Positions 38,047 to 45,366 of a stretch of DNA of 45,366 bases are shown here, piece after piece (positions within the stretch are counted from its first letter, which is position 1; every line of letters starts with the position of its first letter). The DNA is taken from assembly GCA_050011235.1 (NCBI GenBank), contig JBEKJN010000001.1:1-45366 (forward strand), given 5' to 3'. Below the pieces are notes generated by a model. It saw only the letters and a list, made by a program, of their open reading frames with translations, ran no database searches and was not told the origin of the DNA. Source of the stretch: Verrucomicrobiota bacterium. Lineage in GTDB: Bacteria > Verrucomicrobiota > Verrucomicrobiia > Limisphaerales > UBA11358. The position numbers and the translations under genes were made by a program.

Positions 38047-40830
38047 ATGAAGGCATTGAGCGCTGACACACTTCTGGCGCGACTGCTGTCCCGATTGACG
38101 ACGGCGGTGTGCCGTCATCCCCGCTGGTTTTTGTATCCGCAGGCGGCGCTGTTTCTGGTGTGTGTCGTTTACACGACCGGCTACCTGAAAACCGACATGA
38201 ACCGGGACAATCTGGTCGGCCCCAACCATAAAAATCACGAGAATTATCTCCGCCTGCAGAAGGAGTTTCCGCAGCAGGGCAACGACCTGGAGGTGGTCGT
38301 GGAAAGCGAAAACCTTGAGAAAAACCGGCAATTTGTCGAACGCATCGCCGCGAAAATGGAAGCGGAAACCAATCTGTTGCGCGACGTTTTTTACCAGCAG
38401 AGTTTGTCGGTAATGGGGGCAAAGGCATTGCTGTTCGCAGACGAGGATGATTTGGTTGAGTTGAAAAAGGAACTCGACGATGCCCTGCCCTTTCTCCGCC
38501 AGTTCACGCAGACGACCAATCTCATCACGTTTTTCGAGCAGGTCAACACGGACTTCCGCACCGCGCCGCGGGAAACGAATGCCCAGACCGAATCTCTGAT
38601 TCAGGCCATACCGGCATTGACGCGCATCGTGACGCAAGCCACCGATTGCCTGGGGCGGCCTGGGACGCCGCCATCACCCAGCGTCACGTCGCTTTTCAAT
38701 GCCGGCAGCGAAACGAACATCTACATCAACTACGATCACGGCCGAATTTTTTTGGTTACGGCGCATGCGCCCAGCGCCGAACTCAATGGGAAGGCGATTG
38801 AACGCCTGCGCCAATTGGTCAGGGAAACACAAACCGAGGTGCCCGGCCTCAATGTCGGCCTGATAGGCGAGCCGGTACTGGACTATGACGAAATGAGGCA
38901 GTCGCAGAAAGACATAACTATGGCGAGCATCGTGTCATTGGTTCTCTGTGCGTTGATTTTTATTTACGGCTACAACGAAACCGGGCGACCGGTGAAGGCG
39001 ACGATTTGCCTGGTGATCGGCCTGGCCTACACGCTGGCGTTCACCACGCTGACGGTGGGGCATTTGAACATTCTGACGATCACGTTTGTGCCCATGCTCA
39101 TCGGTTTGGCGATTGATTTTGGCGTGCATTTGGTCACACGCTACGAGGAGGAATTGCGGCACGGCAAAACGGAGGAAGCCGCGATGACCAAGGCAATGGT
39201 CTTCACCGGGCAGGGAATTTTCACCGGCGCGTTGACCACGGCAAGCGCGTTCCTGGCAATGAGATTCACTCATTTCAAGGGCATTCAGGAAATGGGCATC
39301 ATTTGCGGTGGCGGTTTGCTGCTCTGTCTTGTACCGATGATGACACTGCTGCCGGTACTGCTGCTGCGCGGCCGTCAGAACGTCATTGATCACCAAACGA
39401 CCGAGGACGATGCCCGTGCACGCATTGAAAACATCTGGCTGCAACGTCCCGTGTTCGTGGTGGCAATTACGGTTTCCTTGTGCGCGCTGGCGTTGGTGCA
39501 GGCCCGCAAAGTTAAATTCGATTACAACATGCAGAAATTGCAGAGTGTCGGATTGCCGTCGGTGGTATTTGAAGAGAAGCTGTTTGCCGCGGCGGACAAA
39601 TCCCTGCTGTCCGGGGCAGTCGTTGCCGATTCACTGACCAACGCGATTGCCTTGGAGGAAACAATCAGCAAGCTGCCAACGGTTGCCGATATTGAACCGC
39701 CGTCCAGCTTGTTGAACCATCTCCTCAATCCCAGCAGCGGTGAAAAGCTCAGGCTGATCGGCGAGATCAAACAAGAGCTTGCGCCGCTGGAATTCGGCGT
39801 GCCAGACATAAGCCCGGTGGATGTTTATGCATTCAGCCGGACGTTGTATGGACTATATGGCTATCTGGGCGCGGCGCTGGACGAAGTCGGCGGCAGCGAC
39901 CCGGAATTGACAAAACAGTTTGCCGCACTGCGCCAGGCGATTGACAATTTGCGCCAGGCGATGTTGCAAGGCGACCCCCAGGCACTCACGGAACACGCGG
40001 ACAAATTGGCACGATTCCAGCAGGCGCTCTTCACTGATATGCGCACGACGTTTCAGTTGCTGCAAAATCAGGACAATCGCGCGCCATTGCACGTGGAAGA
40101 TTTGCCCCAGGCTTTCCGCGACCAATTTGTGGGTGTGACCGGAAAGTATCTGCTGCAGGTTTTTCCGAAAAACGACGTCTGGCAGCGCGACAATCAAGAA
40201 AAATTTATTGCTGATCTGCGAACGGTGGACTCTAATGTCACCGGGACGCCGGTGCAACTTTATGAATTTGAGGAGCTGCTCAAGAACAGTTACATCCAGG
40301 CGGCTTGGTATTCCTTGGCGGCGATTACGCTTCTGGTCTTATTCCACTTCCGCAGCATCGGTTCGGTAATCCTGTCGTTGTTACCGGTCGGCATCGGCAC
40401 GCTTTGGCTGGTCGGATTGATGGGCCGGTTTGGAATTCCTTTCAATGTGGCCAACATCATGACGTTGCCGCTGGTTGTCGGCATCGGCGTCACGAACGGC
40501 GTTCAAATTCTCAATCGCTTCGCCGAGGAGCGCACACCCAGCATTCTTGCCCGCAGCACCGGCAAGGCCGTGTTGGTTTCCGGGTTGACGGCGATTGCCG
40601 GATTCGGCAGCTTGATCATAGCCAAGGACCGCGGCATTTACAGTCTGGGATGTGTGATGGCAACTGGAATCGCAACGTGCATGATTGCAGGACTGACCCT
40701 TTTGCCGGCGTTGCTGAATTTGCTTGGCCGGTGGCGTCCGTTAATAGATCAACCCAGTGCCGACAATCCGTCGTCAGCACTGGGTCAGGAGGAACCGAGG
40801 TCAAAAACCTCAAGTGCAGAGAAAAAGTAA
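38047..40830 (+). CDS. MMPL/RND-superfamily exporter (HpnN-like architecture)
   Basis: 927 aa with two 6-TM bundles, each following a large periplasmic domain. The MMPL-type motif is GLAIDFGVHL / GIGVTNGVQIL. Confidence 0.85.
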   Translation: MKALSADTLLARLLSRLTTAVCRHPRWFLYPQAALFLVCVVYTTGYLKTDMNRDNLVGPNHKNHENYLRLQKEFPQQGNDLEVVVESENLEKNRQFVERIAAKMEAETNLLRDVFYQQSLSVMGAKALLFADEDDLVELKKELDDALPFLRQFTQTTNLITFFEQVNTDFRTAPRETNAQTESLIQAIPALTRIVTQATDCLGRPGTPPSPSVTSLFNAGSETNIYINYDHGRIFLVTAHAPSAELNGKAIERLRQLVRETQTEVPGLNVGLIGEPVLDYDEMRQSQKDITMASIVSLVLCALIFIYGYNETGRPVKATICLVIGLAYTLAFTTLTVGHLNILTITFVPMLIGLAIDFGVHLVTRYEEELRHGKTEEAAMTKAMVFTGQGIFTGALTTASAFLAMRFTHFKGIQEMGIICGGGLLLCLVPMMTLLPVLLLRGRQNVIDHQTTEDDARARIENIWLQRPVFVVAITVSLCALALVQARKVKFDYNMQKLQSVGLPSVVFEEKLFAAADKSLLSGAVVADSLTNAIALEETISKLPTVADIEPPSSLLNHLLNPSSGEKLRLIGEIKQELAPLEFGVPDISPVDVYAFSRTLYGLYGYLGAALDEVGGSDPELTKQFAALRQAIDNLRQAMLQGDPQALTEHADKLARFQQALFTDMRTTFQLLQNQDNRAPLHVEDLPQAFRDQFVGVTGKYLLQVFPKNDVWQRDNQEKFIADLRTVDSNVTGTPVQLYEFEELLKNSYIQAAWYSLAAITLLVLFHFRSIGSVILSLLPVGIGTLWLVGLMGRFGIPFNVANIMTLPLVVGIGVTNGVQILNRFAEERTPSILARSTGKAVLVSGLTAIAGFGSLIIAKDRGIYSLGCVMATGIATCMIAGLTLLPALLNLLGRWRPLIDQPSADNPSSALGQEEPRSKTSSAEKK

Positions 40831-40963
40831 TTGAAAACCGTTTAAAGTCAATCTCTATGTTAAACCCAGTCGCCAATAACGGAAAACCGCCAAAGCGTTT
40901 GTTTAGTTAACGATAACTTAAAGCATTGTAAGGCTTGATTTAAAAGACGTTTCTTCATTAACT

Positions 40964-42445
40964 GTGAAAAAGAAGATGGCCAATGAACTCGGAAATTTTG
41001 CCTGGCTGCTCCGAATGGGCTGGCTGGGTTGGGGCCTGTGTCTCCCCATGGTGGTATTCGCTCAAGACGGTTTTAGTGCCGGGCCGCTCTATGATCAATT
41101 TCCGCTGACGCTGGATTCCGGGCATCGGACTGAAGCCGTCGGGCCGTTTTTTTACCAACAAGAAAGAGACACGGAAAAATCGTGGGGCGTGCCGCCGCTA
41201 TTTTCGCGCGTGACGGATCCCGCCATCGAATCCGAAACCTATAACCTGCTTTATCCACTGTTGACTTACGAAATTTACGGGAGTGCATACCGCTGGCAGT
41301 TTTGCCAATTGCTCAGTATTGCCGGCGGCCAGAATCAAACCGAGGTTCCCAGGAATCGTTTCACCCTTTTTCCGGTCTATTTCCAGCAGCGTTCGCCGGA
41401 CACAAACGAAAATTACACCGCGCTTTTGCCATTCTACGGCCATCTCAAAGACCGGCTGTTTCGGGACGAAATTTTCTTCGTGATGTTTCCGATTTATAGC
41501 GAGACGCGGAAACACGATGTGGTCACCGACAATTATCTTTACCCCTTTTTCAATCTGTGTCACGGCGATGGGCTGCACGGCTGGCAATTCTGGCCGGTGG
41601 TTGGCACCGAACACAAGGACGTGACCACGCGCACCAACAGTTTCGGCGAAATGGAAATCATCGGCGGGCACGACAAATCATTTTTGCTCTGGCCGCTTTA
41701 TCTGCGGCAGGACACCGGCATCGGCACCGACAATCCCGATAAATTCCGCGCCTCGATTCCGCTTTACGCCACAACGCGCTCGCCACAACGAGATTCAACG
41801 TCCGTACTGTGGCCGTTCTTCAACTGGATTGACGACCGCGAAAAGAAATACCGCGAATGGGAGGGGCCATATCCATTTGTCGTCATCGCGCGCGGCCCTG
41901 GCAAAACCACCACGCGCGTGCTGCCGTTGTTCGGCCGGTCGCACAACGACACATTCGAGAGCGATTTTTACCTGTGGCCGCTTTACAAATACAACCACCT
42001 CCATGGCGGGGCATTGGACCAGGAGCGCACGCGCATCCTGTTTTATTTGTTTGTGGATCTGACGGAAAAGAACACCGGGACCGGCCGGGTAAAGCGGCGC
42101 GTTGACCTGTTGCCGTTATTCACCTGGCATCGGGATTTTAATGGCAACCGCCGGCTGCAAATTCTCGCGCCAATTGAACCGGTACTGCCCGGCAGCAGCG
42201 GCGTCGAACGCAACTGGTCGCCGCTGTGGTCTTTGTGGCGGGCGGAAAACAATCCCAAGACCGGCGTGGCGAGCAAATCGTTGCTCTGGAATTTGTATCG
42301 CTACGACACGACGCCCAGCACAAAAAAATGCTCGCTTCTTTTCGGTCTTTTTCAGTATCAATCCAATGCGGAAAGCAAAAAATTACGCCTGCTTTATATT
42401 CCGCTGGTCAAAACGCACCAGCCGGCAGGCCATCCGGCAAAATGA
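40964..42445 (+). CDS. secreted repeat protein of unknown function (about 15 aromatic-Pro beta-strand-like repeats)
   Basis: Signal peptide (LLRMGWLGWGLCLPMVVFAQD). The motif recurs as LLYPLL, LFPVYF, LLPFYG, MFPIYS, LYPFFN, FWPVVG, LWPLYL, LWPFFN, LPLFGR, LWPLYK and LLPLFT. The start is GTG 40964 or ATG 40976. Confidence 0.6.
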   Translation: MKKKMANELGNFAWLLRMGWLGWGLCLPMVVFAQDGFSAGPLYDQFPLTLDSGHRTEAVGPFFYQQERDTEKSWGVPPLFSRVTDPAIESETYNLLYPLLTYEIYGSAYRWQFCQLLSIAGGQNQTEVPRNRFTLFPVYFQQRSPDTNENYTALLPFYGHLKDRLFRDEIFFVMFPIYSETRKHDVVTDNYLYPFFNLCHGDGLHGWQFWPVVGTEHKDVTTRTNSFGEMEIIGGHDKSFLLWPLYLRQDTGIGTDNPDKFRASIPLYATTRSPQRDSTSVLWPFFNWIDDREKKYREWEGPYPFVVIARGPGKTTTRVLPLFGRSHNDTFESDFYLWPLYKYNHLHGGALDQERTRILFYLFVDLTEKNTGTGRVKRRVDLLPLFTWHRDFNGNRRLQILAPIEPVLPGSSGVERNWSPLWSLWRAENNPKTGVASKSLLWNLYRYDTTPSTKKCSLLFGLFQYQSNAESKKLRLLYIPLVKTHQPAGHPAK

Positions 42446-42460
42446 AAATGTGCCCGACAT

Positions 42461-43198
42461 ATGTTTGAGAGCATCGGCGAAATCGTCCTTCTGTTCTGGC
42501 GCACGCTGCTGGCCCTGCCGCTCGCATGGCGGCAGCGGCAGAAGGTCTTCGACCAGTTTTTTGAAATTGGCAATGCGAGTTTGCTGATGGTCTGCATATT
42601 GTCGTTTTTCATCGGCGCGGTCACCGCGCTGCAAACGGGGCCGGTTTTGGTTGACCGCAGCCTGGCCAGCGCCGTGGGGGGCATCGTGGGCATCGCCATG
42701 GCCAAGGAACTGGCGCCTGTGATAATGGCCATTCTCATCGCCGGGCGCATCGGCTCGGCGATGGCGGCGGAAATCGGCTCAATGCGCGTCTATCAGGAGA
42801 TTGACGCGTTGCGCACCATGAACATCAACCCGATCCACTACCTCGTGCTGCCGCGGCTGGTCGCGATCGCGGCGGCGCTCCCGATGCTGGTGGTTTTTGC
42901 GATTCTCGTCGGCTGGTTCGGTGGCGCGGTCGTGGCGGAGGCGAACAATCACATCGCCATTCCGTTTCAGGCGTTTTATTCGGACCTGCGCGACGTTGTT
43001 GAAGTCAAGGACGTGGCCAACGGCGTTTTCAAAAGTTTTTGCTTCGCGCTGATCATCGGCGTCGTTTCCTGTCATCAGGGCCTGACGACCATCGGCGGGC
43101 CGCGTGGCATTGGCCGCTCGGTCACAAAAGCCGTCGTGAACTCCATCGTGTTGATTGTCATTTTTGATTACATCCTCACCCGCATCCTTTTGAAATGA
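42461..43198 (+). CDS. mlaE: MlaE-family ABC transporter permease
   Basis: 245 aa with the MlaE pattern (GP.LV.R....VGGIVG.AMA.ELAPV..A.L.AGR.GSAM.AEIG.M.V.EQIDAL..M). Confidence 0.9.
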   Translation: MFESIGEIVLLFWRTLLALPLAWRQRQKVFDQFFEIGNASLLMVCILSFFIGAVTALQTGPVLVDRSLASAVGGIVGIAMAKELAPVIMAILIAGRIGSAMAAEIGSMRVYQEIDALRTMNINPIHYLVLPRLVAIAAALPMLVVFAILVGWFGGAVVAEANNHIAIPFQAFYSDLRDVVEVKDVANGVFKSFCFALIIGVVSCHQGLTTIGGPRGIGRSVTKAVVNSIVLIVIFDYILTRILLK

Positions 43199-43971
43199 TG
43201 AGACCTCCGGCAAACCATGATTCCGGCGTCAGCCTGCAAGTTCGCGGCTTGCGCAAGAGCTTTAATGGACAGGAAGTGCTCAGAGGCGTTGATTTCGAAG
43301 TCAAGCCCGGCGAAGTTTTCGTCATCATGGGACCGAGCGGCAGTGGCAAAAGCGTTTTGCTCAAACATCTCATCGGTTTGGAAGCGCCCGACGCCGGCGA
43401 GATTCTCGTTAACGGCGAATCCATCCAATCACCGGAGATCGCCGCCAAATACCGCATGGCACTTGTCTTCCAGTCCGGCGCCCTGCTCAATTCGCTCACT
43501 GTCGGCGAAAACGTCGGACTTTACCTGAGCGAACACCGCCTTAAATCACCCGAGGAAATCGCGCGCATCGTCGCTGAAAAACTTGAAGACGTCGGCCTCA
43601 AAGATGTCATTGACAAATTGCCCAGCGAACTTTCCGGCGGCATGAACAAGCGCGTGGCCATTGCCCGCGCCCTGGTCATTGAGCCGCAGTTGATTCTTTA
43701 TGACGAGCCGACCAGCGAACTCGACCCGCTTTCGGCCATTGTCATCGGCGAGGAAATTTTGCGTCTCAAAGAACGTATCCATGTCACGACGCTCGTGGTG
43801 TCGCACGACCGCGACCTTGCGTTCGGTGTGGCCGATCGCATCGCGGTCATCAACGAGGGTCGCATCCTGACCATTGGGACGCCGGACGAGGTGAAACGGT
43901 TTAACGATCCGCTCGTCCAAAATTTTTTACACGCAGACTTTAAACGTGAACCTCAACACCAAAGTTTATGA
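43195..43971 (+). CDS. mlaF: MlaF-family ABC transporter ATP-binding protein
   Basis: Walker A motif GPSGSGKS, signature LSGGMNKRVAIARAL and Walker B motif ILYDEPTSELD. The start overlaps mlaE by 4 nt. Confidence 0.92.
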   Translation: MMRPPANHDSGVSLQVRGLRKSFNGQEVLRGVDFEVKPGEVFVIMGPSGSGKSVLLKHLIGLEAPDAGEILVNGESIQSPEIAAKYRMALVFQSGALLNSLTVGENVGLYLSEHRLKSPEEIARIVAEKLEDVGLKDVIDKLPSELSGGMNKRVAIARALVIEPQLILYDEPTSELDPLSAIVIGEEILRLKERIHVTTLVVSHDRDLAFGVADRIAVINEGRILTIGTPDEVKRFNDPLVQNFLHADFKREPQHQSL

Positions 43972-44918
43972 AAAATTCACTCGAAACCCGCCTCGGCGTT
44001 TTTGTCATCCTCACGGTCATCGCCGCCGTGATCATCATTGAAACCCTCGGCGGGGTGGAAATGTTCCGCGGCGGTTATCGCATCAACGCGCTGTTTGACA
44101 CGGTGCAGGATTTGAAGGTGGGCAACAACGTCAGGCTGGCTGGCGTTGAAATCGGCCGCGTCGAGAAAATTGCGCTGGCCGACAACAAGGTTCGCGTCAC
44201 GATGAAACTGCACTCCGATGTCGTCGTGAGGACGGACAGCAAGGCCACCATCAAATTCACCGGTTTGATGGGGCAGTATTTTGTTGCCATTGACTTTGGC
44301 ACGCCGGGGGCGCCGCCAGCGGGGGACGGCACGGTGCTCGGAACCGAAGAACAACCCGACCTCAACGCCGTCATGACCAAACTCGACAAGGCCGCCACGG
44401 GCATCGAAAATTTCGGCAAGAGCTTCACGCCCGATACCATTAACAATTTGATGGGCCCGTTGGTGGATTTCGTCAAACAAAACAGCAGTCATCTCGGCGG
44501 GGCCATTTCCAACATCGAAAACATTTCCGGCCAGATCGCCAGCGGTCAGGGCACGGTCGGGAAACTAATTTACACGGAACAGCTCTACGATTCCGCGCTC
44601 GTCACCGTCACCAATCTGCAGGACGCCGTGACCGAGGTGCGCCAGGTCGTCAATGGCGTCAGCAACGGCCAGGGCACGCTGGGCAAGCTCGTGACGGACG
44701 AAACGCTTTACAACTCGACGACCGCTTCGATGACCAACCTCAACCAGATTTTGCAGAAGGTGAATCAGGGCCAAGGCACGGTCGGCAAACTCGTCAATGA
44801 CCAGGAATTTTACAGGAACGCCAAACTCACGCTGCAAAAGGTGGACAAGGCCACCGACGGGCTGGAAGACCAGGGGCCGTTGAGCGTCCTCGGCATCATG
44901 GCGAACAATCTGTTTTGA
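43968..44918 (+). CDS. mlaD: MlaD/MCE-domain protein with a C-terminal GQGTxGKL repeat region
   Basis: An N-terminal TM segment and an MCE domain (V.DL..G..V...GV.IG.V..I). Three copies of (S/N/Q)GQGT(V/L)GKL(I/V)..(E/Q)..Y lie in the C-terminal half. Confidence 0.85.
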   Translation: MKNSLETRLGVFVILTVIAAVIIIETLGGVEMFRGGYRINALFDTVQDLKVGNNVRLAGVEIGRVEKIALADNKVRVTMKLHSDVVVRTDSKATIKFTGLMGQYFVAIDFGTPGAPPAGDGTVLGTEEQPDLNAVMTKLDKAATGIENFGKSFTPDTINNLMGPLVDFVKQNSSHLGGAISNIENISGQIASGQGTVGKLIYTEQLYDSALVTVTNLQDAVTEVRQVVNGVSNGQGTLGKLVTDETLYNSTTASMTNLNQILQKVNQGQGTVGKLVNDQEFYRNAKLTLQKVDKATDGLEDQGPLSVLGIMANNLF

Positions 44919-45022
44919 AAACCGCAAGAGCCGGGACAACGAGGCGCTGATCAAATTTAACCCGAAAAGCGGCGTTGGTTTTTCCTGGCTGGTGAGGCAC
45001 GGGCTTCCCAGCCTGCGGGTTC

Positions 45023-45089
45023 GGGCGACTTTCTAGTCGCCCTAAGCGGAACTGGAAAGTTCCGCCCACCAGCAGACAGGAATGTCTGC
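45023..45089. repeat. REP-like array of three tetraloop hairpins
   Basis: The three hairpins are gggcgact-ttct-agtcgccc (45023-45042), gcggaact-ggaa-agttccgc (45046-45065) and gcagaca-ggaa-tgtctgc (45072-45089). Confidence 0.7.
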
Positions 45090-45189
45090 TCTACCGGCAC
45101 GCCAATGGCGATCCCCTTTTTTGAGTTTAAGAGTTAGAGTTTGGATTTTGAAATGAGCCTTTTTGCGCCGGCGGCTGCGATTTTTGGGA

Positions 45190-45224
45190 AACAAAAAGCC
45201 CCTTCCGGTTTTGCCGGAAGGGGC
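45190..45224 (-). terminator. intrinsic terminator for the minus-strand gene ending at 45244
   Basis: An 11-bp stem (gccccttccgg 45198-45208 / ccggaaggggc 45214-45224). On the minus strand the hairpin is followed by UUUUUGUUU. Confidence 0.8.
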
Positions 45225-45243
45225 CAAGGGTCCTAAATCAGGT

Positions 45244-45366
45244 TAGAACTTGTAAATGACGTTGGCGTAAAAGCCCACCGAATCTTTTTCCTCGAGGTAA
45301 CTCGTACTTAAGAATTGATTCTGGTCCACGTGATCCCAGCGGATTTCGAGGCGGCTGATGACGTTC
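45244..45366 (-). CDS. C-terminal end of an outer-membrane beta-barrel-type protein (partial)
   Basis: My own translation: ...NVISRLEIRWDHVDQNQFLSTSYLEEKDSVGFYANVIYKF*. It shows an alternating hydrophobic pattern and a terminal Phe, the OMP C-terminal signature. The ORF runs off the window end. Confidence 0.5.

Noticed and set aside
37726-38637. 303-aa minus-strand ORF spanning the yebC/MMPL junction.
   Set aside because: It crosses two well-supported + strand genes and their intergenic gap, and it has no recognisable motifs.

Overview
This is a high-GC bacterial chromosomal window. A PEP-CTERM protein, Shine-Dalgarno-less CA-rich leaders and abundant GC-rich multi-hairpin REP-like elements suggest a PVC/Verrucomicrobiota-like soil bacterium, but that is inference only. 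Most of the window is housekeeping: trpB, pntAA/pntAB/pntB, trpF, a cysteine desulfurase, dnaN, argS, a PtsN-like EIIA, pyrE, dnaK, groES/groEL, ssrA (tmRNA), an AddA-like helicase-nuclease, radC, lpxA, ybjQ, yebC, an MMPL/RND exporter and mlaEFD.

The most unusual locus is a 2,238-bp IS1595-family element at 12940-15177. It has perfect 23-bp terminal inverted repeats and an intact 8-bp target-site duplication (cccgtttt). Besides its transposase it carries a cargo module:
- a 137-aa coiled-coil/winged-helix ORF;
- two tandem CCA-encoding tRNA-like genes;
- a possible 43-aa ORF.

One tRNA-like gene has a class-II, leucine-type body (3-bp D stem, 11-nt D loop, A73) but a proline anticodon UGG and an oversized 31-nt variable arm. 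The other has the exact tRNA-Ala/tmRNA-type acceptor (GGGGCUA...UAGCUCC-ACCA, G3:U70) and a T arm, but no canonical D or anticodon arms. The element splits a small AbrB-like ORF about 200 bp upstream of dnaK.

Other noteworthy signals:
- a 45-nt conserved RNA-hairpin element present twice, bracketing an unknown ORF wedged between dnaK and groES;
- a heptanucleotide tandem repeat inside argS;
- in-frame palindromic REP-like insertions inside argS and the addA-like gene;
- a low-GC islet with a ParE-like toxin-antitoxin pair upstream of ssrA;
- a perfect DnaA box in front of a dnaA-less dnaN;
- an MMPL, repeat-protein and Mla lipid-trafficking cluster.

All calls come from reading the sequence and ORF translations. 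No database searches were run.
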